Part shown: piece after piece, positions 53,589 to 62,579 of the stretch
How positions within the stretch are numbered: position 1 is the stretch's first letter
Layout: every line of letters starts with the position of its first letter
Assembly: GCA_965279525.1 (NCBI GenBank)
Contig: CBDIIB010000002.1
Location: 160,001 to 224,000 of the forward strand
Reading direction: 5' to 3'
DNA: 64,000 nucleotides
From: Tagaea sp.
Lineage (GTDB): Bacteria; Pseudomonadota; Alphaproteobacteria; CACIAM-22H2
Made by a program: the position numbers and the translations under genes
Notes under the pieces: generated by a model
Database searches by the model: none
The model's input: the letters and a program-made list of their open reading frames with translations, nothing else
What the model was told of the DNA's origin: nothing

Positions 53589-54589
53589 GCCGCCAGCCGC
53601 CGGCGTTCGCGCCAGATCATGGCGGCGAAGAAGGGAGCGCCGATCGCCGCGGTGACGAGGCCGACCGGCATCTCGGCCGGTGCGAGTGCCACGCGCGCCA
53701 GCGTGTCGGCCGCGATCAGAAGTGCTGCCCCGCCGGCCGCCGACAGTGGCAGCACGAAGCGGTGCAGCGGGCCCGCGACCAGGCGCACCAGATGCGGCAC
53801 GACGAGGCCGACGAAGCCGATGGGCCCGGCGACCGACACGGCCGCTCCCACGCTTGCCGCGACGCCGACCACGGCCAGCCGCTTCATCCGTTCGACGCCG
53901 ATGCCCAGATGTCCGGCCTCGCGTTCGCCGAGGATCAGCGCGTCGAGCCCGCGTGCCAGCAGCGGCGACAGGCACAGCACGGCCAGGGCGGCCGGGGCAA
54001 CGAGGGCAAGCCGCTCCCACGTGGCGCCGCCGAGGCTGCCGAGGATCCAGAACGTGATGTCGCGCAGCTGCCGGTCGTCGCTCGAATAGATGATGATGCC
54101 CGTGGCCGCACCCGCCAGCGCGTTGGCGGCGATGCCGGCAAGGATGAGTGTCGCGACCGGCGTGCGACCGCCGGTGGACGCGAGCCGCTCCACCCCGAAC
54201 GCCGCGACGAGCGCGCACACGAACGCGGCGAGTGGCAGCATGGCGCCGCCCGCATGCCCGAGGAAGATCGCGAGGGCCGCCCCGAACGCGGCCCCGTTGG
54301 AAACGCCCAGCACGCCCGGATCGGCGAGCGGGTTGCGGAACAGCCCCTGCATGATCGCACCGGCAAGGCCGAGGACCGCGCCCACGGTCCCGGCAAGCAG
54401 CACGCGCGGCAGGCGCAGCACCGCGACGACGGCGACGGCCTGCGCGTCGACATCCCGCCAGCCGAGAACCCAGCCCGCGAGTGCGCGCGCGACTTCGCCC
54501 GGCGGCAGGTAGAGCGGCCCCGTTCCCAGTGCGAACGTGGCGATGCTGCCCAGTGCCAGGATCGCGAGGAGATTGATCCGCCAGCTCAC
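53585..54589 (-). CDS. hmuU: Heme ABC transporter permease (FecCD family)
   Basis: LRLPR, QGLFRNPLADPG, IGFVGLVVPH. Confidence 0.9.
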   Translation of the reverse strand: MSWRINLLAILALGSIATFALGTGPLYLPPGEVARALAGWVLGWRDVDAQAVAVVAVLRLPRVLLAGTVGAVLGLAGAIMQGLFRNPLADPGVLGVSNGAAFGAALAIFLGHAGGAMLPLAAFVCALVAAFGVERLASTGGRTPVATLILAGIAANALAGAATGIIIYSSDDRQLRDITFWILGSLGGATWERLALVAPAALAVLCLSPLLARGLDALILGEREAGHLGIGVERMKRLAVVGVAASVGAAVSVAGPIGFVGLVVPHLVRLVAGPLHRFVLPLSAAGGAALLIAADTLARVALAPAEMPVGLVTAAIGAPFFAAMIWRERRRLAA

Positions 54590-55458
54590 GGCCGGTCGGC
54601 GAGCCAGGCGCGTGGCGGCAGCGGGGCGAGGTCGGCCTGCGGATGAAGTGCACGCGCCAGCGCATGTGCCGCATGCGCGGTGCGCGGGCCGAAGCCCAGC
54701 AGATAGACCGCATCGAGCGTGACCACTTGCGTGCCGCGAAGCGTTGCGAACTGCGCCAGTGCCTGGAACGCGGCAAGGCCGCCCAATGCCGCGATCGTCT
54801 GGTCGGTCGCCAGGATCGCGTCGGGGCGGGCGGCCAATAGGGCTTCGGGCGACAGCGGCTTGTAGCCGCGATAGGCATCGACCGCGTTGGTGGCGCCGGC
54901 AAGTTCGATGATGCTCGCCGCCGCCGTCTCGCGGCCTGCGGCCATCGGCGCACCGCCGCCTGCCGACAGCACGAACAGCACGCGCTTGCGCTTGAGGCCC
55001 GCCACGTCGCGCGCGAGGCTTGCGAAATCCGCTTCGACAGCACCGGCCAGTGCCGCCGCCTGTGTTTCCAGCTCCAGCGCCTTGCCGATCGCGAGGATGC
55101 GTGCGCCGACCGACGCGGCATCGTAGCCGTCCCCCGCGCGCACGACCCGCACGCCGGCTGCCGTCAGCTGCGCCATCGTCGCCGGCGGGCCGGCTTCTTC
55201 GGCCGCGAGCAGCACGTCCGGCCGCACCGAGGCGATCCCTTCGGCACCAAGTGCCCGCAAGTATCCCAGTTGCGGCAGGCGGCGCGCGGCGGCGGGGAAC
55301 TGGCTGGTCGTGTCGACCGCGACAAGCCGGTCCGCCGCCCCCAGCGCGTAGACGATCTCGGTGAGACCGCTGCCCGCGACGGCCACGCGCCGGGGCGGTT
55401 CGGCCGCGACGGGGGCAGCGGCAAGGGCGCACGCGACGAGGGCGAGGACCGCGCGCAT
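54586..55458 (-). CDS. hmuT: Heme ABC transporter periplasmic binding protein
   Basis: TEIVYALG, VDTTS, GYLRAL (Tyr heme ligand), LLGFGPR. Confidence 0.9.
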   Translation of the reverse strand: MRAVLALVACALAAAPVAAEPPRRVAVAGSGLTEIVYALGAADRLVAVDTTSQFPAAARRLPQLGYLRALGAEGIASVRPDVLLAAEEAGPPATMAQLTAAGVRVVRAGDGYDAASVGARILAIGKALELETQAAALAGAVEADFASLARDVAGLKRKRVLFVLSAGGGAPMAAGRETAAASIIELAGATNAVDAYRGYKPLSPEALLAARPDAILATDQTIAALGGLAAFQALAQFATLRGTQVVTLDAVYLLGFGPRTAHAAHALARALHPQADLAPLPPRAWLADRP

Positions 55459-55460
55459 CG

Positions 55461-56510
55461 TCAGTTCGCCTCCGCGACGGCGACTTCGTCGACCAGGGCC
55501 CGCCAGCGCAGGTCTTCGGGGATGCCGGGCTTGCGCTTGCCGAAGAACGTCGCGATCTGGGTACCGGCCGCGTCGTAGACCTCGAGCGACGTGACGATGC
55601 CGTCGTCGGTGGGCTTGCGCACGAGCCAGACGCTGTCGATGTCGGATTCCTTCAGGTGCAGGTTGAACGACGGGTCGAGCACGTTGAACCAGTCGCCCAT
55701 CTGCTTGAGCCGGTCGACCGGGCCGCTGTGGATCTGGATGCACCCTTCGTTGCCCACGAACACCATGATCGGCACCTTCGATGCCGACGCCGCTTCGAGT
55801 GCCCGGCGTGCGGCACCTGTGCCCAGCGGCCGGGCGAGGTCGGTGCCGGCCAGGCGCAGCGCCTGCAGCCGGCCGACGCGCAGCTTGCGCAGCATGCCGT
55901 AGAAATCGTGCGTGTCGCGAAGCGCGTTCCAGCTCGTGCGCAGGGCCGTGACGTCGATCTCGGAATCGGCGCGGTCTGGTGCTGCGGGAGCGACTGCGAC
56001 GAACGAGGGCGCAGCGACGTCGGCGGGTGCCGCGAACCGGCGCACGAACGCGTCGTAGGCGGCCATGTCGGTTTCTTCGGTGCAATGTATCTTGTGGACC
56101 GCGCGCCCGGCGGCGTCGAAGAACTGCAGGCTCGGGCGGCGCTTGGAACCCGCCTCGGGGCGCACCGCGAAGGCGTAGACCCAGTTGCGCAGGAACAGGC
56201 GCAGGTCGATATCCTCGCCCAGGGCCAGGCCCATCGGCCCGTTCGCCTCGACCTTCAGATAAGGGCCATGGCGCTCGTGCACGCAGCTTGCGTTGCGCGT
56301 CAGCGCCATCACGCGGCCCAGCGTGCCGACGGCCGGCAGCAATGTCGCCCAGTCGGACACCAGCCGCGTCACCTCGCTGCCCGCTTCGATCTGCAGTAGC
56401 GCCGCCTCGGGTTCGCCAAGCAGGCGGGCGGCATCGTAGATGCGCAACGACGGACGCTCGGCGGCAAGTGCCTGCCAGCGGGACGCGAGATCGGATGAAG
56501 TCGACAGCAT
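55461..56510 (-). CDS. hmuS: Hemin-degrading/trafficking protein HemS/ChuS
   Basis: ALTRN..VHE, IDLRLF, DTHDF, FNLHL, FFGKRKPG. Confidence 0.93.
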   Translation of the reverse strand: MLSTSSDLASRWQALAAERPSLRIYDAARLLGEPEAALLQIEAGSEVTRLVSDWATLLPAVGTLGRVMALTRNASCVHERHGPYLKVEANGPMGLALGEDIDLRLFLRNWVYAFAVRPEAGSKRRPSLQFFDAAGRAVHKIHCTEETDMAAYDAFVRRFAAPADVAAPSFVAVAPAAPDRADSEIDVTALRTSWNALRDTHDFYGMLRKLRVGRLQALRLAGTDLARPLGTGAARRALEAASASKVPIMVFVGNEGCIQIHSGPVDRLKQMGDWFNVLDPSFNLHLKESDIDSVWLVRKPTDDGIVTSLEVYDAAGTQIATFFGKRKPGIPEDLRWRALVDEVAVAEAN

Positions 56511-56521
56511 GGGATACTCCT

Positions 56522-57331
56522 TCAGTTGAGTTCGAAACGCACCGGTATCTCGACCCAGGCGACGATCGTGTCGCCGTCGCGTTTGGCGGGTTCGAAACGC
56601 CAGAGGCGCACGGCACCCAGCGCTGCGGCATCGAGAACCTCGATGCCCGACGAGCGCCAGACGACGATTTCGGATGACGAGCCGTCGGGCTGGACCAGGA
56701 CGCGCAGCACGGCCGTGCCGCGCTGGCCCAGTTCGACCGCGCGGCGCGGATAGACCGGCGGCTGCGGACGCTCGCGGAAGCGCGCGTCGGTGACGACGGG
56801 AACGGCGGCGGGTGCCGCGGGTGCCGGGGCCGTCGCGGCGGGAAGCGAAGCGGTGAACGCGACCGGGGCCGGTGTTTCGGCCGGAACTTCGGCGATCGCG
56901 GATGTTTCGGCCTGTGCGGCTTCGACGGCGGGCGGTGCCTCGGCGACCGCCGGTGCCGCAGCCGGCTTGGGCGGACGCGGCACACGCGGGCGCGCCGGCT
57001 TTGCGGGAAGGGGCGGCTTCGCAGGAACGGGGGCCGGTGCCATCTCGGCGACCGTCGTTTCGATGACGGGCAGCGGCTCGGGCTCGATCTCGACCGGCGG
57101 CTCGGGTTCGGCAACGGCCGCTTCAGGTGCCGGTGCCGGTGCGGCGGCTTGTGCCGGCGGTGCGGGCATCTCGAAGAGGACGGCGTAGGTCGGTGCCGGT
57201 TCGGGCGGAGCCGGTGCGACGACGAAAGCCGCCGCCACGCCGAACGCCAGCCCGTGACCGACAAGGGACAAGAAGGCCGCCCGCGGGTGGAACCCGCTGC
57301 CGTCCGAGGCGAGGGCGGCCGACTGTCGCAT
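56522..57331 (-). CDS. tonB: TonB energy transducer
   Basis: SLVGH TM motif, Pro-rich linker, PVYPRRA, SSG..LD.AA, WRFEPA. Confidence 0.88.
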   Translation of the reverse strand: MRQSAALASDGSGFHPRAAFLSLVGHGLAFGVAAAFVVAPAPPEPAPTYAVLFEMPAPPAQAAAPAPAPEAAVAEPEPPVEIEPEPLPVIETTVAEMAPAPVPAKPPLPAKPARPRVPRPPKPAAAPAVAEAPPAVEAAQAETSAIAEVPAETPAPVAFTASLPAATAPAPAAPAAVPVVTDARFRERPQPPVYPRRAVELGQRGTAVLRVLVQPDGSSSEIVVWRSSGIEVLDAAALGAVRLWRFEPAKRDGDTIVAWVEIPVRFELN

Positions 57332-57333
57332 GT

Positions 57334-59349
57334 CTAGAAGCGCAAGCTCACGGCGAGCTTGGCATTGCGCCCGATTTCGTAGAACGGGGCCGGCGTCGCC
57401 GAGTTCCAGTTCGAGCGGCGGTAGACCTTGTCGAACACGTTGTCGACCGAGAAATCGACGCGCAGGTCCTTGAGCGCTTCGTCGGTCGGCTGCCAGCTCG
57501 CGAACGTGTCCCACACCGCGTAGCCGCCGGTCGTCGGCGTTCCGGACGGCACGCGCTTCTGGGCGGCGGTGGCGACCGTGCGCCCGCCGATCGTGATGCC
57601 GCTGCCGAGGAAGCGGTAGCCCAGCGAGAGCGATGCCTTGTCGGCCGGCGTGTCGGAAAGCGGCTGGTTCGTGACGAGGTTGTCGCCGCGCAGTGCCGTC
57701 GCACCCACCGAGCCGAACCAGGTGCGCGCGTCGTAGCGCACTTCGGCTTCCGCACCCTTGATGCGCGCCGACGCGACGTTGGTGATGGTCGACGTCGTCG
57801 CGGTCACGACCTCCGAGATGTAATCCGTGAGGTCGTTGACGAAATAGGCGCCGCGCGCGCGCAGCCGGTCGCCGGGCAGCAGCACGTCGGAGAAGCGAAG
57901 GTTGACGCCGCCTTCCTTGTTCTCGGACGTCTCGGGGCGCACGTTTGGGTTCACGACCCAGTTGTTGCCCGGGAAGTGCTGGCCGCTGATATAGACCTCG
58001 GTCAACGAGGGAACGCGGAACGCTTCGGCATAGGAGATGTAAGGCGACATCCACGGCGTCACGTGCACGGCGATCGAGGCCTTGGGCGAGAAATGGTCGA
58101 CGTCCTTGCGGATCGCGTTGCCGCTCGATTCCTGGGTGAACTTGTCGTAGCGCATGCCCGGCGTGAACGTGGCCCACTTGCCGAAGTCGATCTCGTCCTG
58201 GACGAACAGGCCGTAGATCCGCTGCTCTGATTCCGGATAGTCGGCGCGCGGCGCCCCGTTGCGGCGGCTTTCCTGCGCGTCGACATAGCCGTCGACGCCG
58301 TAGGTCAGCGCATGCCTGTCGATGCTGCCGATCTCGAAGCGCGACGTGTTCTGGATGTCGAAGCCGTTGGTCACGAGGTTGGTGTCGTCGCGCCGGTTGA
58401 TCGTGCTTGCGGCACCGCCGACACCCTTCTCGAAGATGTCGATCATGTTGCGGTAGGCGACAACCTTGAGGTCGACGATCCGGTTGGAAGGTGCGGCATA
58501 GGCCCAGTTGACCGCGTAGCTGTGCTGGCGCGTGTCGCGGTCGGTGATCGTCGAGTTCGCCGTGGAGTTGCCGAGATTGGCGTCGAGCGGGATCGTGTGG
58601 TCGTCGTGGAACTGGATCGTCGAGAAGCCGATGCGGTTGCCCGGGGCGATGTCATAGCCGAGCTTGAACAGGCCGCTGTAGATCTGGTCGTTCGACCACG
58701 GGATGTCGGTGCCCTTGGCGTCGTGGAAGTTGCCGTTCGAGCGGCGCGTCACGTTCGCCAGGATGTCGGCGCCGCCGCTCTTCATCGCGCCGGTGAGGCT
58801 GGCGAGGCGCTGCGAGTTGTTGGTGTGGTAGCCGACCTTGGCGCGCCCGCCGAGCGTGGCGCCGGGCTTCAGGATGTCTTCGGCTTCGATCGTGCGCATG
58901 TTGACCACGCCGCCGACCGCACCGCTGCCGAACAGCAGCGAGCCGGGGCCGCGCACCACGTCGACCTGCTTGAACAGGTCGGGGTCGATGAACAGGCGGC
59001 CGCGGTGGCCGGCCGAGAAGTTGTTGCGCACGCCGTCGACGCGCATCACGACGCGCTCGTCCGACAGGCCGCGGATCGTGATCTGCTTCACCGTGTTGCG
59101 CGGCACGCCGCTGGCGTCGACGCCGGGCATGTCCTTGAGCAGGTCGTCGATGCTCTGCGGCTGGCGGCGCTCGATCTCTTCCTGGTCGACGACCGATACC
59201 GACGTGGCGGCATCGCCCGCGATGGTCTGGGTGCGTGTGGCGCTCGTCACGACGGCGTCGAGCGGCGTGACGGCGTTCTGGGCGCCTGCCGCGAACGGCA
59301 GCAGGGCGAGGGCGGCGGTAGAAAGCAACGTGCGGCGCAGGCTGGCCAT
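57334..59349 (-). CDS. hmuR: TonB-dependent heme/hemoglobin receptor
   Basis: TonB-box-like DAVVTSA, plug IRGL..RGPGS, SAGHRG, FRVP..H..NPNVRPE, terminal Phe. Confidence 0.9.
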   Translation of the reverse strand: MASLRRTLLSTAALALLPFAAGAQNAVTPLDAVVTSATRTQTIAGDAATSVSVVDQEEIERRQPQSIDDLLKDMPGVDASGVPRNTVKQITIRGLSDERVVMRVDGVRNNFSAGHRGRLFIDPDLFKQVDVVRGPGSLLFGSGAVGGVVNMRTIEAEDILKPGATLGGRAKVGYHTNNSQRLASLTGAMKSGGADILANVTRRSNGNFHDAKGTDIPWSNDQIYSGLFKLGYDIAPGNRIGFSTIQFHDDHTIPLDANLGNSTANSTITDRDTRQHSYAVNWAYAAPSNRIVDLKVVAYRNMIDIFEKGVGGAASTINRRDDTNLVTNGFDIQNTSRFEIGSIDRHALTYGVDGYVDAQESRRNGAPRADYPESEQRIYGLFVQDEIDFGKWATFTPGMRYDKFTQESSGNAIRKDVDHFSPKASIAVHVTPWMSPYISYAEAFRVPSLTEVYISGQHFPGNNWVVNPNVRPETSENKEGGVNLRFSDVLLPGDRLRARGAYFVNDLTDYISEVVTATTSTITNVASARIKGAEAEVRYDARTWFGSVGATALRGDNLVTNQPLSDTPADKASLSLGYRFLGSGITIGGRTVATAAQKRVPSGTPTTGGYAVWDTFASWQPTDEALKDLRVDFSVDNVFDKVYRRSNWNSATPAPFYEIGRNAKLAVSLRF

Positions 59350-59382
59350 GGGCTTCAATCCTCGATCTCGTGTGAGGACCTG

Positions 59383-59426
59383 GGCTGGCTGGCTTCCCGA
59401 CGTTGGATGTCGGCTGGCTGGCTGGC
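59383..59426 (-). promoter_or_regulatory. GCCA tandem repeats flanking a hairpin, HmuP-responsive-element-like
   Basis: Minus strand GCCAGCCAGCCAGCC-GACATCCAACGTCGGGA-AGCCAGCCAGCC between hemP and hmuR. Confidence 0.65.
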
Positions 59427-59443
59427 GGACGGTCGTGGGGGTG

Positions 59444-59620
59444 TTACTTCGTCAGCAGGAGCTTGCCGTTCTTCGTGACGCGCAGCAGATAGGCCTCGCC
59501 GCCATGCAGGATGCTCAGCTCCTGGCGCCCGGCCAGAAGCACCTTGCTGTCGACCGCGCGCAGGTCGGCCGGGGCAGGTGCGGGTTGCTGGACAGGCGGC
59601 GACGTCGTCTGGGTTGTCAT
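59444..59620 (-). CDS. hemP: Hemin uptake protein HemP/HmuP
   Basis: DSKVLL.G..EL.I.H.GE.Y.LR.TKNGKLLLTK. Confidence 0.92.
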   Translation of the reverse strand: MTTQTTSPPVQQPAPAPADLRAVDSKVLLAGRQELSILHGGEAYLLRVTKNGKLLLTK

Positions 59621-59652
59621 CGCGGCACAAGTAACATGTGGAAAATTATAAT

Positions 59653-59671
59653 GCAAATGATTCTCATTATC
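59653..59671. promoter_or_regulatory. Fur box
   Basis: GCAAATGATTCTCATTATC, 15/19 match to GATAATGATAATCATTATC, upstream of hemP. Confidence 0.8.
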
Positions 59672-59719
59672 ATAATATGACTTTATATATCATGACTTTA
59701 AGGGAGAAAATGGGCCCGA

Positions 59720-60751
59720 TTATCGCGCATCGAGGAACGCGCGCAGCGTCGGCGCCCATTTCCCGGCATCGGCACCCGATGCCTGGTGGCCGAACTCGCT
59801 GTCGATCTCGAAATACGCGGCTGCCACCCCGGCGGCGGCCAGCTTCGCCATCACCGGCTCGCGCAGCGCCGGCGGGAACAGCCGGTCGGTGCGCGACAGG
59901 ATGTAGAGGACGCGTGCGCGGATCTTCGCCAGTTCGGGCTCCGCGTCGTAGGCCTGCGAGGCGCGCATCAGCGCCACCAGCGAATTGGCGTCGAACTCCT
60001 TGGCCCACTGCGCCGCACGCCGGTCGATCTCCGCGCGCCGCGCGGCGGGATCGGGAAACGCTGCGGCGAGTTCTTCCATGGCGCCGTATTTGAGAAGCGT
60101 TTCGACGCGCAGCTCCGCCATCGCGGAATCGATGCCGCCATTGGCGTAATAGTGGCCGCCGTTCCAGTTCGGGTGCTGTGCGAAGCGCGCGACGAGGCGC
60201 TCGTCGGCACCGGCATCGCGCGGCGCGCGCAGGTCGGTGATGACGGGCACGATCGCGTCGACGAAATCGGGATGGCGCACGCCCCACGTGAACGCCTGGA
60301 AGCCGCCATAGGACGGACCGACGACGGCGGCGAGACGCTTCACACCCAGCGCTTCGAGCATCGCGCGCTGGGCCGCGACCATGTCGGGCAGCGAGAAGCG
60401 CGGGAAATCTGGGCCGTAGGCGCGCCCGGTGCGCGGATCGATGTCGCGCGGGCAGCTCGAGCCATAGGACGAGCCCAGCATGTTCGAGCTGACGACGAAG
60501 TACCGGTCGGTGTCGATCGCCTTGCCCGGCCCCACCAGCGGACCCCACGAACCTTCGCCCGACGGCCCGTGCGTGTCGGTGAAGCGGTGGCTCGACGTGA
60601 AGCCGTGCGTGACGAGCACCGCGTTGCGTCCGTCGGGGGCGAGCGTTCCATACGAGACGAACGCGATCTTCGCCTCCGGAAGGATCGCGCCCGATTCGAG
60701 GCGGAAATCGCGGATCGTGTGGGCGCGGTCGGGGGCGAAATTCTGGGTCAT
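59720..60751 (-). CDS. Alpha/beta hydrolase, homoserine O-acetyltransferase (MetX)-like
   Basis: YGTL..NAVLVTHG, VGPGKAIDTDRYFV, GPSYGG, D.LFPP, GH triad. Confidence 0.85.
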   Translation of the reverse strand: MTQNFAPDRAHTIRDFRLESGAILPEAKIAFVSYGTLAPDGRNAVLVTHGFTSSHRFTDTHGPSGEGSWGPLVGPGKAIDTDRYFVVSSNMLGSSYGSSCPRDIDPRTGRAYGPDFPRFSLPDMVAAQRAMLEALGVKRLAAVVGPSYGGFQAFTWGVRHPDFVDAIVPVITDLRAPRDAGADERLVARFAQHPNWNGGHYYANGGIDSAMAELRVETLLKYGAMEELAAAFPDPAARRAEIDRRAAQWAKEFDANSLVALMRASQAYDAEPELAKIRARVLYILSRTDRLFPPALREPVMAKLAAAGVAAAYFEIDSEFGHQASGADAGKWAPTLRAFLDAR

Positions 60752-60884
60752 GCGGGCGACCGTAGGATGTCGGCCGCTCCCCTGTCCATTTTCCGGAAAA
60801 ATACAAATTTGACTCTTTTTGCACTCCAGCATATGAATTCGTCACCTCCCGATTCCAGATCCCGTTGCCCGAGGTGCCGCGCCC

Positions 60885-61793
60885 GTGACCCTGCTGGACA
60901 TCCAATCGGCCAAGATTTCCGTCAATCCGGTGTCGGCAGCACTTGGCGCCGACATTTCCGGCGTCGACCTCGATGCCCTTGGTGACGATCAATTTGACCT
61001 GATCCGCGCAGCACTCGACACGCATCTGGTGCTGCGGTTCCGCGGCACGAAGCTCAGTGACCAGGCCTTCACGCGCTTTGCCGCGCGCTTCGGCGACATC
61101 CTGCCGTCGCCCAGTTACACGCGCTCGCGCCCGGTCTACATCCCCGACGCACCCTTGGTGACGGTGATCTCGAACGTCACCGAGGACGGCAAGCCGGTCG
61201 GCGAGCATGGTGACGGCGAGCTGCACTGGCACACCGATCTCGCCTTCACCGAAACGCCGTCGGCGCTGACGATGCTGCTGGCGCGCGAGGTGCCGCCCGC
61301 CGGCGGCAACACGAGCTTCACCAACATGTACCGCGCCTACGAGATGCTGCCCGAAGAGCTGCGCAAACGCCTCGCGATGCTGAAGCTGAAGCACCAGGCG
61401 AGCCACAACGCGCAGGGCGGCAAGCGGCCGGGCTACCGCCATCTCAACATCGACGATCCGCGCGAGATGCCGGGCCCGCTCCACCCGATGGTGCGCGTGC
61501 ATCCCACCAGCGGACGCGCCGCGCTCTATCTCGGACGGCGCTTCGGCGCCTATGTCCCGGGCCTGACATTGGCCGAAAGCGAAGCGCTGCTGGACGAAGT
61601 GTGGCGCAACGCGATCTCGCCGGCGAATGTCTGGTCGCAGACCTGGCAGGTCGACGATCTGGTCGTATGGGACAACCGCGCCACGATGCACCGGCGCGAG
61701 GCTTTCACCGGCCAGGGCCGCCGGCGCATGCACCGGCTGACGACGCGCGGCGAAAAGCCGGTCGGCCTCGTCGCCGATCCGGTCGAGTTCTGA
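60885..61793 (+). CDS. TauD/TfdA Fe(II)/2-oxoglutarate dioxygenase
   Basis: WHTD, HPMVRVHP.SGR, WDNRATMHR, RRMHR. Confidence 0.92.
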   Translation: MTLLDIQSAKISVNPVSAALGADISGVDLDALGDDQFDLIRAALDTHLVLRFRGTKLSDQAFTRFAARFGDILPSPSYTRSRPVYIPDAPLVTVISNVTEDGKPVGEHGDGELHWHTDLAFTETPSALTMLLAREVPPAGGNTSFTNMYRAYEMLPEELRKRLAMLKLKHQASHNAQGGKRPGYRHLNIDDPREMPGPLHPMVRVHPTSGRAALYLGRRFGAYVPGLTLAESEALLDEVWRNAISPANVWSQTWQVDDLVVWDNRATMHRREAFTGQGRRRMHRLTTRGEKPVGLVADPVEF

Positions 61794-61795
61794 GC

Positions 61796-62554
61796 TTGGC
61801 GAACCTGCGCGCCCTGCCTTCCGTCCCGCCGGCCGAGGAAGAGCCGGTCGAGGGCGCGCGCCGCACGCTGGCCAGCCGCGTGTTCGACCAGCTGCGCCGG
61901 CTCATCGACCGCGGCGAGTTTCCGCGCGATTTCAAGCTGCCGACCGAGGCGGAGCTCGGCACGCGCTTCGGCGTGTCGCGCGTCGTGGTGCGCGGCGCGC
62001 TCCAGCGGCTGCGCGAGGCGGGTTATATCCGCTCGCTGCAGGGCTCGGGCAGCGTGGTGGTGCGCGGGCCCGAGTTCGGCGCACTCGTCTATCCCGCCGT
62101 ACAGACGATCGGCGATCTCGAACGGCTCTACGAATTCCGCATCACCGTCGAAGCGCAGTCGGCCGAGCTTGCCGCGCGCATGCACACGCAAGCGACGCTC
62201 GACGGGATCGAGGAAGCGCTGCGCGAGGCCGACCGCATGCTGGTGCTCGGCACGCCCGAGCTTGCCGCCGATCTCAATTTCAGATTCCACCGCGCCGTGG
62301 CGCTCGCCACCGGCAATCCCTATTTCATCGTCACGCTCGAACGCATCCCCAACCTGATCGGGTTCGGACGCGTGCAGGTGCGCAATTTCGGCCTCGAAGA
62401 CCCGATCGCGCGGCTGCGCGGCATCGGCGCCGACCACTGGTCGATCTTCGAGGCGATCCGCAGCCGCGATGCCCAGCGCGCGCGCGCCGAGATGGAAAGC
62501 CATATCGGTGCCGCGCGGAAGCACATCTTCGAACGCCAGCCGATCTCGGAATGA
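61796..62554 (+). CDS. GntR/FadR family regulator (start uncertain)
   Basis: KLPTEAEL..FGVSRVVVRGAL, FCD domain FH..A..ATGN. Confidence 0.88.
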   Translation: MANLRALPSVPPAEEEPVEGARRTLASRVFDQLRRLIDRGEFPRDFKLPTEAELGTRFGVSRVVVRGALQRLREAGYIRSLQGSGSVVVRGPEFGALVYPAVQTIGDLERLYEFRITVEAQSAELAARMHTQATLDGIEEALREADRMLVLGTPELAADLNFRFHRAVALATGNPYFIVTLERIPNLIGFGRVQVRNFGLEDPIARLRGIGADHWSIFEAIRSRDAQRARAEMESHIGAARKHIFERQPISE

Positions 62555-62579
62555 AAAAAGAAAACCGGAGGACCCCCAC

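Noticed and set aside
56760-57240. Low-complexity GCCG/CCGG repeats
   Set aside because: They encode the ordinary Pro/Ala/Glu linker of TonB; not a CRISPR or tandem array
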